A stretch of DNA of 64,000 bases from Amoebophrya sp. A120 (lineage: Eukaryota; Protista; Dinoflagellata): NCBI GenBank assembly GCA_905178155.1, contig CAJINV010000005.1, positions 7,872,515 to 7,936,514 of the forward strand, written 5' to 3'. Under the pieces are notes generated by a model. It was not told where the DNA came from. It worked only from the letters and a program-made list of their open reading frames with translations, and searched no databases. Both the position numbers and the translations under genes were made by a program. Positions 1 through 11,990 of this stretch are shown piece by piece. Numbering within the stretch: position 1 is the stretch's first letter; every line of letters begins with the position of its first letter.

Positions 1-465
1 GTGGTCCATCCGCCTCAGTGTTTTGCGCGTGTGGTCCATCCGCCTCAGTGTTTTGCGCGTGTGGTCCATCCGCCTCAGTAAAGGGAGTATCGCGCCCGGG
101 ATTCCGCGACGAGCGACCTCGCGCCCTACCCACCGCCCGGCTTGCGGCATTGGCACCAAGGCCGGCCACACGCCAGCGCCCGAAAGCACTGCGCCCGGGG
201 CGCTTTCACGGTCGCCAAGTGCGGCGCAAAGGGGTGGCGCCTGTGGTCCATCCGCCCCAGTGTTTTGCGCGCGTGGTCCATCCGCCCCAGTGTTTTGCGC
301 GTGTGGTTTATCCGCCCCAGTGTTTTGCGAGTGAAATCCATCCGCCCCAGTGTTTTGCGAGTGAGGTCCGTCCGCCCCAATGTTTTGCGAGTGAGGTCCG
401 TCCGCCCCAGTAAAGAGTGCGCCGCGCCCAAGATTCCGCGATGAGCGACCCCGCGCCCTACCCCG
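1..465. repeat. 30-bp GC-rich minisatellite (GTGGTCCATCCGCCCCAGTGTTTTGCGCGT) in two blocks, part of a ~330-bp higher-order repeat
   Basis: Units at 1-78 and 243-411. The flanks 62-130 and 394-462 are also similar (cagtaaag...gattccgcga.gagcgacc.cgcgccctaccc). Lies inside or next to the partial introner that ends at 653. Confidence 0.9.
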
Positions 466-653
466 CGCGCCGTCGCCCCTCCTTCCCGTCCTCGCCTAGT
501 TCTTCTCTTCCCCTCCCGCCCCTGCGACCGCACTATTTTTCCTAGAGATTCCTTCCCTCGAGCTAGTAGTGACAAGACGAGGGAAAGCGTGCATAGTTGG
601 TGTTTTGCATGAGAAATGAGAACGTCGAGGGAGAAAAATTGTGCACTTTCATA

Positions 654-3600
654 AGTCTCGGGGCCCCCCACCGCCCATGTAGCAGGTGGCCGGCCACTTG
701 TCATCCGAAACTGTTTCCACCTTTTCCGTCCCTTTGATAGTAACCTCGCCCTCCTGAAAAGCGACTTCGCGACACTTGTAGGTCTTCGTGTTCGCTGAAT
801 AGGAGCTCCAGGTATCAAATGCAAAAATGTCTGGGTCTGGAAACTTGTGATGCTAAAAGTGAATGGTAGACGGACGCAGCTATGCATGACAAATTGTTTG
901 GTTCCCATGTCTTACGTATTCCGCATGGCAAACTGCGTTTTTGCATGACAGGTAAGAGGGCCTTTTCGTGCCTATGCAACACAGATTCTCAAGTCATGCC
1001 AGACAAGCATGACAAACTTGCATTCTTCCAGACCCAGACATTTTTACAGTTGATACCAGACTGTCTTTTGCCCGTTGGCCAGTTGGCAATTCACTGTGCC
1101 CGAGGCCGCTCCTGGATAGATCACAATGAACAGAGAACAATTCCGGTCGTTTCGGCACAGTTTATCCTGAGTAAAAACGTCCCCACACCAGAGTCAAGAT
1201 CGATGGGAAATCTGCTAAACGAATCACACAGCTTTGGTTGTTTGGCATGACAACTTTGCCCTCGTAGTGTGATCCTTTTTAGCTAGCTCAGAAGCATCAG
1301 CAAATCCGAAGCATCAGATCGAGCGCAGGATGCTGATCTTAGCATCACAAATCCGAAAACAAGAATAGAAAATGCTTCTCATAGGGCTCCGCATGAGAAA
1401 CTTTTTTGGCATGCAGAATTGCATGACAACTCTGGGGTGGGGATGTTTTTACACGGGATACAGTTTTTGACAGACTTTCATGCCGTTTAGTTCGGACGTC
1501 GCGGTATGCACTGCGAATATCCTTATCCCTGGATGTCTGGAAGGATGCAACTTGTCATGCTGTCCTTGGATAGGGATAGGGATTCTAAAAAAATCTGTAA
1601 TTGCGTACGCAGCAAGAGAAGTCGAGTCTTTGCTACGCGGAGGGTGAATCTCTCATGCGGTGTGTGCATCAGGAGGTCCTGAAATAAATCTGTGATGCTA
1701 CCGCATACATCACACACATCATGGGTCATGCAAAATGTGCATGAGAAGTCTTGCAATCTTCCAGACCCGGACATATTTGCATTTGATACGCGGCCCAGGT
1801 GGTCCAAGGCGTGTTCGCACTTTTGTAGCCGGAGAGCCCCTATACAGTGCAAAAGTACTCGTATTGCAATCGTGCATGTACAAACTCTTTTCTTAACGTC
1901 AATCCGCATTATTAAATTTTATTTCTCACGCTGAGGAAATTTGTATTGCATTTATACGAGTACGATACTTTTGCAGTTCATAGCCCCGGCAACGTTTCCA
2001 TCCCGTAGCCACTGATGTCATACGTATAGCCGGGATGTAAGCCGTGGCCATTCTTCAAATAGTCCCCCGTGTCGCTGACCGTATTGGTGCACGCCGGCGG
2101 TGTATCGCAAGGAAAAACTATCCCCCTCCCCATATCGAAAAGAAAATTTGTGATGCTTGTTTGTGGCCACAAATTCGCTTTGTCTTGCGTACAAGGCAAA
2201 CGGCACCCATGATGTGGCGCATTTCACAGCAAGTCGGTCATGCGCTTTCGCCTATGCCGCACTTGTTTCTCATGCTCAGCTGCTAGCCGGATCATGCGTA
2301 GTACCCCAATGGGCGGCGTGGAATATGCCCACAAGCTCTGGCTGCAATACAAAGTTCATTTGTGTACACAAATCCAGCAGTACAAATTGTCTTTTGAATT
2401 TGGAGTCGTGGGGGCTCCTTTTTTCACTTTGATACGGTGGGTCATCCAGCTCCGGTAGGTCCATCACTGCGGCGCACTGATATATGCAAAGAAAAAACTG
2501 CTTCGCTGTGAACTTGTGGTGCATAGAATGGAACACAGAACTATTTGTCTTGCTACACCTGCAAGAACACAATGGATTTCTAAGCGTGTTTTATTCCCGT
2601 AGGAAGAACGCGTGCCAATTTTTCTTTGTCATGTGTAGCTGCAAACTTGTGATGCATATCATCTTGCAAAATCATCACAGTGAAACAGTTTTTTCCTGCG
2701 ATATGGTAGGTTCCATAGCCGATGATGGTTTTCTGAGACCGTCTGTCGTCCGTGGAATCCAAGTGGCACTTATCAAACAGAAAAAGTTCGTCGCGATCAC
2801 TCATGCGCATTTTTGCAACACAACACTTTCTGTCATGCGTAAAAATGCATCACAGCCAAATTTCATAAGGGATTTCCCTTGTGTTTCTGCAATACAAGGA
2901 AAAGCTGTGATGCTCAAAAAATTTCTAATGCAAAACCTGCAAGTTAGTGACTGTGACAAACTTTTTTCTTTCCATAGCACTGCCCCGCCTTCCACTGGTA
3001 GCAGTGATCCCCCCCTTGGCTGTTGCCGTAGCTGTTGTAGTCCCCCACTCCTCGATAGAGGGCAAAGTGTGTGCAGTCGCTGTTTGTGTGACACTATCCT
3101 GATTAAAAGCGTCCCCACACCAGAGTCAAGATGGGGATTTTGCAACACAAAGCTAGGAGTTTTGGGAGTCACGCAGGCATGACAAGTTTCAGTCTGTAAG
3201 GTAGTGCAAGTTAGCAAGGAAAGCCGCATCACAAATCGACCTGCTGATCCTGTTTACAGAATTACAAGTTCCCAAACACGATTGAAAATGCCTATCATGG
3301 GGTTGCGCATCACAAATGTTTCTGTCATGGCAAATCTGCATGACAACTCTGGGGTGGGGACGTTTTTACACAGGATAGACACTTCGCGCGGCAAGATTCG
3401 ATCGACATGCCCCTTTCTTCGTGCTCATGCCAGGCATAAGTACTTCCCCCGCCGATGCAGTAACTGTCGTCCCCGGCCTTCCACAGCCGGTATGCGGGAC
3501 ACCCGCTGACACGCCGGCTCAGACTTGAAGCACCAGATGAAGACGCAGTATCCAACGAAGAGGCTGTAGCTTGTTCTTGTGCTCGGCTTTTATTTTCGTC

Positions 3601-4224
3601 TTGCTGTAACAACTCGCTCGTAGTTGTACCATCAGCATTTCTTCGCACTTCGCGCTCGACCCCGTTTTCGTCCACAAGCAGCTCGCGACCACGACCACGG
3701 GGCCGCTTCTTGGCATCTACGTCGAAGTGATCGTTTTTGTCATTCTTGTCTGGAGGTTTCTTCTCCTGTTCCTGCGCGGGAGGTTCTAGTGTTGCAGCTC
3801 CAGGTCGTTCTACTGCATCTTCAGGTCGTTCGACATCTACTGCATCTACTTTCCGTCCTGGCGGCATTGATAATCCTTCTGCGTGGGCAGGAGCTGTTTG
3901 TCCCGCAAGTACAGCATCTTCTTCTCCCTTTTGTCCCTCTCGTGCAGCTCCAGCTACGTTTGCAGCAGCCCGTGGTCCCTGTGGCGCCCCTCGTCGCTTG
4001 TCCCCAGCGTCGTCGTCTGAAGGCAGCAGTGCTGTGGTCTTCTGCTCCTGCTCCCCCCGGTATGCATCTTCTTTGCCGAGAAGTTCCTTTCTCCGCAGCG
4101 AATCGCCCCTATCGGGGAGAAAGAGAAGAAAGCAAAGCAGGAAGTAGCAAGAAATGTTAATCCTGGGACGAGGACCGCGGGCAATGTGGATGGACGGAAG
4201 CGGAACGAATTTTTTCATTTTCAT
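654..4224 (-). CDS. Secreted PAN/apple-domain protein (adhesin/microneme-like); spliced, 3' end not resolved in this window
   Basis: N-terminal hydrophobic stretch CYFLLCFLLFLP. Removing introners 3095-3377, 2771-2976, 2483-2703, 2103-2434, 1841-1982, 1505-1788, 1163-1460 and 813-1055 (each plus one 5-bp TSD) gives one open frame. It contains two apple-like Cys patterns: ESCRAKCHTNSDCTHFALY...HCYQWK and VCQKLCRNDRNCSLFIV...NCQL. A further introner starts at 653. Confidence 0.75.
813..1055. mobile_element. Introner family A (TIR TATCAAATGCAAAAATGTCTGGGTCTGGAA), the most abundant family, ~240-285 bp
   Basis: TAT...ATA ends; TSD ccagg/ccaga. Other copies include 1505-1788, 6003-6250, 8075-8350, 13976-14237, 15122-15386, 17684-17936, 19779-20050, 20462-20721, 22287-22546, 28699-28977, 29745-30009, 31135-31386, 31415-31678, 32195-32449, 32869-33143, 36269-36529, 37271-37525, 38267-38531, 39443-39702, 42009-42270, 44506-44781, 45984-46243, 46894-47158, 47382-47650, 49019-49270, 53965-54215, 54288-54555, 57657-57907, 58249-58499, 59278-59539, 61930-62203, 62866-63116. 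Confidence 0.95.
1163..1460. mobile_element. Introner family B (TIR TATCCTGAGTAAAAACGTCCCCACACCAGAGT), ~260-300 bp
   Basis: TSD cagtt on both sides. Copies at 3095-3377, 16746-17028, 29369-29653, 30482-30747, 32492-32781, 35927-36205, 36847-37125, 43496-43755, 45599-45880. Confidence 0.95.
1841..1982. mobile_element. Introner family C (TIR TAT-N5-GCAAAAGTATCGTACTCGTA), short, ~140-175 bp
   Basis: TSD gcccc. Copies at 7411-7586, 12169-13073 (with nested MITE), 13375-13519, 14840-15002, 15439-15579, 20777-20925, 24524-24673, 24830-24992, 27223-27377, 27772-28168 (with nested insert), 31934-32100, 38065-38213, 46703-46853, 54698-54845, 55854-56004, 56547-56691. Confidence 0.95.
2103..2434. mobile_element. 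Introner family D (TIR TAT-N6-GAAAAA..CCCCCTCCCCATAT), ~310-340 bp
   Basis: TSD cggtg. Copies at 16186-16507, 26693-27026, 34580-34919, 55269-55588, 57177-57486. Confidence 0.9.
2483..2703. mobile_element. Introner family E (TIR TAT..AAAAAACTGTTTCACTGTAA), ~200-220 bp
   Basis: TSD tgata/tggta (the difference is synonymous in the host frame). Copies at 30825-31036, 47879-48081, 56774-56988. Confidence 0.9.
2771..2976. mobile_element. Introner family F (TIR TAT..AGAAAAAAGTT[TC]GTCAC), ~205-220 bp
   Basis: TSD gcact. Near-identical copies at 39161-39369 (same orientation) and at 15917-16121 and 36568-36773 (opposite orientation). Diverged copy at 7654-7871. Confidence 0.92.
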
Positions 4225-5597
4225 GATCCTGTTATATTTGTAACGAGGCTGATCGAGTGTGGTTTTTCACACACGTTCAACGAATTGAAGTAAATGTAAG
4301 TAAAGCGAAAATTTCGAATGAATGTTGAAAATACAGTTCGCGCTTGTAAAAAAACAGTGAAAAATTCAACATGCCGAGGCTTCTCCACTTTGAGAGTTCC
4401 TCTGCGAAATGAAAAAGCGAAATTGATTGAAAATGGAACAAGTGGGTAGAACCTATTCGAGATCAAACGATCTCACTCGTATTATACTTTTGACATGAAG
4501 ATATCTTTTCCTATCTGGGACTATCTCGTTCCAAAAAACTATCTTGAAATCCGTAAGTACGTAAACTAGACCGATTTAGATGCTTCACGCTATCGATTAT
4601 CCTCTAAAAACTATCTTCGGCTTGTGCTCAGAATGCGTTAATATTCCATCCAGTTAAAAAGGTAGTAGAACTTCTGTTGCAAATGCAAGTGATGTCTCTC
4701 TACAACTCCCTCGCTTTCCGTACCGTGCGAGCTATGGATGTTGAGATTGGGTGTTGATTTGATTGAAAGTATTGTTCACGAAAGCAAAAGTGAAAACGAA
4801 GAAAAAGAATGCACTGCTGTGCGAAAATCAAAAATCGCAAAATTTTTCTCGAAACCAGTGAAGATCCAACCACGACGACCGGAACCAACAGTGGTAGCAA
4901 AAAGGAGCACGACTGCAAAAACGATTCATCACTTTGACCCTACAAGTGGAAGAGATAACAGACACTGACACCAGCGCAAACGCGGAGGATCCGAAGCTGT
5001 TCCCGCTGTTCTTCCTGTTGCGATAAGAAGCGCTGCACATGGGGTGGACCAGTACTCAAACAAGATCGTCTGAAGAACTCGAATTGCAACAAAGAAGAAC
5101 ATCATCATCAACAAGGGCGCGACGCAAAACATCCATGTTATTTCATCACTTTCTCTTCTAGCAACGGGGAATTTCTGTTTCACCGACAAGTACAGGATGT
5201 ACTCCCGACTTTGTCTTTGCGAGTTCGGGCTTAAAAAATTCCACAGCCGAGTCGGGTGTATCTTTTTTTTTTTCGAGGGAATCTCACTCGTCTGACTACA
5301 GTTCTTCTATCTTAGATGTCGATTGAATGAAATTCTCTTGTGCTCGTCCTGGTATGTAAAGACTACTTTTTTCTCTTTCAATAAAGAAACTCCGACAACC
5401 TCTTTCTTTTATATTCGAAACTGAAACTTTTGAAATACCTAAACCTACAAGTGGGGTTTGAAAATTATACTTCCGTACTATCGCCCTTACTACTAGAAGC
5501 AGCTTCAACATCCTGCAGCTGAAAAACTCGTCCCAACATAAAAGATACCGCTACGGCTACCGCAACTACAACATTCATCTCCCTCCCAGGCCCATCT

Positions 5598-8505
5598 TCA
5601 ATTTACCCGGGTCTGTTCGGAGAAATTCTCAAACAGCATATCCAGTACGGTTTCTTCATGATCGTGCAAGAGCTCGTCCGCTCCCTCCAGTTCCGCGGAC
5701 AGATCCAGCTCCTCCCCGGAACTAGAGGTTTCTTCTCCCGACAAATGTTCACTGCCACGACCTGCTTCGCTTTCGTCTTTTTTCGACGTCGTAGGACTAC
5801 TAGCATCTCCTCCTCGGAGATGTTGATCCGGCGAGCCTGACTTCGAGCGTGCTGCACCAGGTCGACGTTGTCGGGGAATTTTGATCCGGTTTCGGAACTT
5901 GATCGGATCCTTCATACGCGTTGATGTTGTCCCACTACCGGTATTCCCCCCGCTGCTTCCGCGTATCGGGGAAACCGCGGAGATTCGTTTTTCCTGTTTC
6001 AGTATCAAATGTAAAAATGTCTGGGTCCTCTGGAAACTTGTGATGCTGGGTGGCGTCTCATGATGAGGCCACAAATGCTGGCTCAGCATGACAAGTTTCT
6101 GAGCTTCTAGGTGTTGCCTATTCTGCATGACAAACTGCGTTCCTGCATCACAGAAAAATGGAGCTCTTTGGTAACGTGCATGACAGATCTAAGAGTCATG
6201 CCAGACAAGCATGACAATTCTTCCAGACCCAGACATTTTTACATTTGATATTCAGCAACTGGTTCAAAATCTGTTCGTCCTCTGCGTCCCTGGTTTTGCT
6301 GTTCGCGAACTTTTCCCGTAGGTGCTTATAACCCGCTCAGGTGTTACAATCTCAAACGTTACAATAGAATATGGAGATCTGTGATGCAAGAGCGCATGAT
6401 CTGGCCAATTCTCATAGGATTGCGCATGACAACTTCTGGTGTCCTAATCCGCACTACAATCTGGCGAAATTTGTATTGCAGAAAGTGGAATGCTGTCCGA
6501 GTCTGTCATGATCATCATGCAAGACAAATCTCAGATTCTATTGTAACGTTTGAGATTGTAACGCTTGAGCAGGTCATAGTGCTCGAGTAGGATTTCCTGC
6601 TTCAGCCACCGCTTTTTTACTTCGGTCCAGTCCGTTTGCTGCGGCGGATCATGAATCCCGCTGTTTTGCTCGGAAGATGGAGGTGGAGGTGCTGATGTTG
6701 ATGCTGTATCTTTGTCAGCCTTCTTGTTTGGATTTTGTCGCGCCTCAGCCCCCTGCGGTTTCGTTGCAGTCGCTCTAGAAGTACTCGTGCCGCTCTTTGC
6801 TTTGGCTTTCGCGGTTGACGCTGTAGCAGTGCCCGCCCCGCCGGAAGGATTGTTGTTCGCGGTCGAACCACTCTTCATCCCCGGCGGCTGCCAGTCCGCT
6901 TTGGCCTGTCTCGCCCCGCCGAACCGATTGGCGAATTTTGGGTTCGGTGGAGCGCTAGAAGTGCCTGGCGCACCTGTAGAAGAGGAAGTGCTAGACGCAC
7001 CAGGACCAGCACCAGAAGACGAGCTCGGTTTATTGCTGTTCAACCTGCTAGCATTTGATGTTCCTGCGTAAAAATTCGCACTGTCGCTCGTTGCCGACGT
7101 GGATGAAGACGCGCTCGCTGTGCTCCCGCTCCTCTGTTATGCAAGAAAAAAATTGTGTAAGTGTAACTTTCTTGGCGGAATGGCATCACAAGTTTGCTCG
7201 GCATGACACAGAAAGCTGTCATGCGTAGCTCGTATCAGTGAAAACATGTACGAAAAGAGCCTCTGACGCATGTCCAGCATGACAGGTGTATGTTGTCTTG
7301 CATCGTCTGCAGCACAAAGTTACACTTCTTACACAGTTTTTTTCTTTGATATCTGTCGCAAATTGTTCATTTTCTTCGACAACTCTTCATCGTCTGTTTT
7401 CGGTTTCTTCTATGCATTGCAAAAATTTCGTACTGGTACAAGCTGCTATACAAATTCTTATTTCATTTCCAAGATACGAGAGAATGCAACCTGTATTGCT
7501 GAAATTCATTCCCCATAATAGGGAATAGATCTGTCATGCGTGACTGCGATTACTAGTACGACTTTACGATCCTTTTGCATTGGATAGCTCCTTTTTGTTG
7601 CTGTTGAAATACTTCTCGTAAAAGACACCGTCGTTGTAAACCCGGGTGTCGGATATGGAGAGAAAAAGTTTGTCGCGGTCAACATAATTGCTGGTCCTGC
7701 ATAAGAAATTTTCCTGGCGGCAAACATGATCACAGCAGTAACAGGTAAAACCTGCTGCGACGCAGGGTTCTGGAAGACCAAGACCGTGATCTTAGTCGAT
7801 GCATGCCAGAAGCTTCTTTTGTGTTGCACAGATTCCGATCACTGACAGCGACAACCCTTTTCCGCTCGATATCGGAAGAGTAGTTGCTCCCACCGTTATG
7901 GTCCGTTGGATTTACCTTCGTGAAAAACGTGTCGGCGTCCCGGTGCCTCGTTTGTGGAAACAATCTGCTTTTCCCCGGATTGTTAATGTCAAAATCCTTT
8001 CCGACGATACCCGCGATGTTTTTATCATCTTCTTCTCGCTTCTTCTGACGCTCGTACTGTTCAAAAACTCGTTGTATCAAATGCGAAAATGTCTGGGTCT
8101 GGAAAAGTGTAGACCTGTAATGCAGATTTTCCATGCCCCATGAGGTCTGGAATGCGGGACTTAGCATGACAGACTCTGCGAGGTCTGGGCCAGGGTCTCT
8201 TCCATACCTATTCTGCATGAGAAACTCCTTTCCAACTTGGTGAAAAGTGTACAGCTTTTGGCAGTCATGCAACACAGGTTTTTGCATGCTTCAGATTTAC
8301 CATGACAAGTTGCAATTTTCCAGGAGACCCAGACATTTTTACATTTCATACGTTGGAACGCCTCCCGCTCGCCGCCCTTGTCCGGGTGGTGCTTGAGAAG
8401 GAGTTTTTTCAAAACCTTCGCGGGAAGGCGTCGGAGATGCTGCGTGGAGAGGAGTTGCGGGTTGGAGCCGGTTGTGTGGTCCTCCGTCGTCGTGTGTTCG
8501 GTCAT
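5598..8505 (-). CDS. J-domain-like (DnaJ HPD motif) protein with low-complexity C-terminal region; spliced
   Basis: KKLLLKHHPDKGGEREAFQRVFEQYE is rejoined across introner 8075-8350. The frame stays open after removing 7654-7871, 7411-7586, 7138-7351, 6327-6578 and 6003-6250 and ends ENFSEQTRVN* at 5598. The start codon (8505) is tentative. Confidence 0.7.
6327..6578. mobile_element. Introner family G (long TIR TATAACCCGCTCAGGTGTTACAATCTCAAACGTTACAATAGAAT)
   Basis: TSD gtgct. Second copy at 40790-41047 (TSD cacag). Confidence 0.92.
7138..7351. mobile_element. Introner family H (TIR TAT.CAAGAAAAAAA.TGTGTAAGTGTAAC), ~200-215 bp
   Basis: TSD tctgt. Copies at 41100-41309, 61640-61841, 62571-62779, 63815-64000 (partial) and 60303-~60500 (in a duplicated segment). 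Confidence 0.9.
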
Positions 8506-11500
8506 TTTGGTGTTGGTGATTGTAGTTGGCCCGCGACTGTATATTTGAAGGACTATGTAGTCCGGCCCTATTTGAAGGACTTTGCGAATAGTTGTAGGTC
8601 CCAGGCTCAGTTTGTGAATATGACCATGAGCGCTGTAGTCTGTTTTGATTTTTAGTGTGGAGGCAATTGCGACCGCCTCACCCATTTGAACAAGATGAAA
8701 ACTTGCTCTCGACGCCACACCACTCCGCACTTGTCTTGGTGTCAAGCTCCGCTCCCCCTGCAGTTTCGTTACAACAAGGATCCAAAAAAGTACCTCTTCT
8801 CTTTTTCGTCGATCTCTCAGCACCCGCCACCGCCTTCGTTCAGTGCATAGCATATGGAACTCAGTCACGCTAGGTAGTGGTGGAAATGTCTCACTCTCTG
8901 AAAACACAAGGCGCCCCAAAAAACTGACTCATTGCCATTGGCGAAACGGAAGAGCTGCGTATTGCATTATGTCTCTACGCCATCTACTCTCCAATACGCG
9001 CACACCAATCGCGGTCGTCCTATTGTCTCTTCATTATTTGATGGAAGGAGCGCCCACCATGCGGCACGTTGCAAGACCATTCGCGCGCGCCACATTCCTT
9101 CGGCAGCCGCGCCAGAAGCAAAAGCATGGGCGCTGTGTAGAATGGCGCGCCCGCCACGCGTCGGTGCGGCCTGTCGATCGGTTTGGAAGGACGCCAACGG
9201 GCCACCCAGGGCGCCTGCTCGGTGGCGCATCACTTACAAGGGGGGGCAGACTGACAGATGCGGCGGGCCGGCCGGTCGCGCCGATGGGCAGGCGAGAAAC
9301 ACTCACCACGGGGCCGGGCGGCTGGCGGTTGCGACGCGCGGCGGCGCCCGGCAGTGCTCCCCCGCTCGCACGAAAACCAACCGGCGCGGCAGCGCGCGCC
9401 GGTGGCAGGAAACCAACACCACAGCGGGCCCCTTCCGGGGCGGGCCCAGCAACTGCAGAAAGAAACTCAACGGGCGCGGCGCGGCCTCGGGGTTCTCCGG
9501 CAGCTTCACGGCCTGGGCGCCCGCAGTTGGGCAGGCCCGGCCGTAGTCGCCCGGGGCGGGGTGTCTGGTGTTAGCGCTGCATACGCGCTCGGGGGAGAGC
9601 GCTCGGCCGCCGGCGGGCGCGGGGCGACGCGCCGCCGGGCTGCGCACACAAACAAACCAACCACCCGCCTTGGCGGTGCGCCCACTAATTGCCAGCCGGC
9701 AGACGAAGGCCGGCGCGGCGGCCGCATTCGCGTCCACCTGCGACGGCCCTGCCTCATCGGTCGCCAAGGGCCCCCCTTGCAGACATGTCGCCAGCACGCC
9801 GCTGCCGACGCGGTTGCCATCTTGCAGGAGAGTGAAACAACCCACGGCACCTGTACAGGGGTGCCCTGCCGAAGCCATTCCACCCAATCGTCGTGCTGGC
9901 GAAAGCATTCTATTTGACAGGCCGCCCGCAACCTAGGTGCGGCAACAGCCCTATTTTCAAAGAAACGATGAGGAAGATGGTCCGATCACTCAACACATTC
10001 ATTGCAACAAGAGCAAGACAAAACGTTTGCTCTTGACGCCACACCAATTCACACTTGTCCATATGTCGAGCTCTGCTCGCAGTAAGTCTCGTCGACAGTA
10101 ACAGGCGGATCCAAAACTACAAAAACTGTTCGCTCTCTGATTTCCCTGTACTCTCTATCTTGCTTCGCTCAACATGGAAGTCAGTCTGGCTAGGCACACA
10201 AATGGCACGCACTGTGATGAAAGCGCGAGGTGCGCGAGAAAATAACTGATTGCCGAAACAAAACAAAGTCTGCGCACTATTAAGCTTCTTTATTGAGGTC
10301 GCTCGTCGGCGTGATTGAATCGGCCATCTATTCTCCAACCAGCACAGACGCATCCTGCGTGCTCCGGGAGGTAGGGGCAGCTTGCGAAATTGCGCGCGCG
10401 CGCCATATTGGGTTTACCTTTAGGCGACAATGCCAGCAACCTGAGCGCCGTTGCGGCCTAGCTACATACCAGCCCACGGCTAGGTAGGCGTGGGCCCCGA
10501 CGGGCGGATGGGCGCGGTGGCGAACATGCACAGACACCCTCCACAGCCGAAGAACGAAACACAGCCGGCCAGACACGGCGCCGGGCGGCGGCTGCCGTGC
10601 TTCCTCCCTTGCGGGGCCGCGGCCGGCGCCCCGAAATAAGGGGAGAGCGCGCCGGCCCGCGTCGGCCTGTGGCGCACTGATAACCGAGCGAGATGCGCCA
10701 TGGGGGGCAGCGCGCGGGGGCGCGCGCGCCCCGCGCCTGCGACAATAAACACAGAAGCGCGGGCCGCGTCTCTTCGCCGGCTCTTTGTTCCTGATTGGAT
10801 GGCGGGCCTGCACCCACGCGGGCCGGGAGACGGCTCAGCTGCACCGGCACAAACAGGCTGCGCGCTGCCGGTTCCCGTCCGGGGCCGGATTCTCGGCAGC
10901 GGCGCGGAGTACCAACAGCGCCCAGCGCAGCTCTTCGGCCATGCTCGAAGCGCCTGGCCCGGTGTGCCCCCTCGCGCGCCCCGGAACACTGGGCGACGCT
11001 TCGCCTGCCAACCCGGCCCGAGGCCTGTAGCAAAGTGCTCCCAACATGGGCCGCCACCATTCCTCTACAGCCCCCGAGCCGCCTGGCTTCGTGTATCTGG
11101 GCGGCCGCCTGCATTATGGCGCCCGCATCTGTAACAAACCGCCGCGCCAGCGGTCGGCCCACTGCTACGCGGCGCCAAATACTCCGGGCTCGTCGCCAAG
11201 TTTCCACGGGCGCACTCAGCGCGGTGCGCCGCTATTAACAACCTCGCCAAGTAAATGTTATTAAAATATAAAACGAAACCCACCCCCCCCCGCATCGTCT
11301 CCCCCTGCGCCCCCGCTCGCCGCAACCAAGGCCTCCATGGGAGGCCGGGGGCCGCCCGCCCCGCGCGCGCTTTCGGCACGGTCGCAATCCTCCAAGCACC
11401 GCCGAAGCGGAGCTTGGCGCCGGTGACTCCTATCGCACCACAGTGGTGCGCCACTCTTTTGAAGCCTCGGCCCTTCTGTGAGCGGTCGCAGGAGCTCGCC

Positions 11501-11990
11501 CCCACTTGCGGGCCCTGGCAGATCTCGCGACATCCACGAATCTCGCGAATCCATCCGAGTCTCGTGGTGGCCGTAATTCTCCCCGCTGCAGGTACTTGAT
11601 CACAGGCAGCTACTTGCACCAGGTCGCGCTACGAGACCAGAGGAAGCGCTTCATCTTCGTCCACGCCTGGACCGAATTGCTCTCCCTGGCAGCACACTCC
11701 CAAGACTATCTAAAAAGACCCCGAACACTGAGCTTCTTTTTCGCCGTCGGGTTTGCGTTGTGTCTTGGTCGTTCTGGCATTCATTGATGCGACGTTCGGG
11801 TACTTCTTTTCCGTATCAGTTTCAGTCACTTCCGTAGTGCCCGACAGCTACTCGAGACTTCTTGCGTCTCCTTTCAAGAGGAATCAGCGATGTTGGGTGT
11901 TTGACTCTGATTGCGTGTGAAAGCAGTGAACCACAATTTCTGTTGAAATTAGGATTCGAGAACATGATGAAGCCAACACACTCACCCCCC

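Noticed and set aside
18-444. ORFs with HPPQCFA repeats
   Set aside because: Products of the 30-bp minisatellite, open in several frames on both strands.
4738-5260. Possible plus-strand gene fragment
   Set aside because: Short frames with stops, no introner boundaries to rescue them and no recognisable motif.
8843-11619. Many overlapping 140-250 aa ORFs
   Set aside because: Arg/Ala/Gly/Pro-rich and open in most frames because of high GC; no domain motif.
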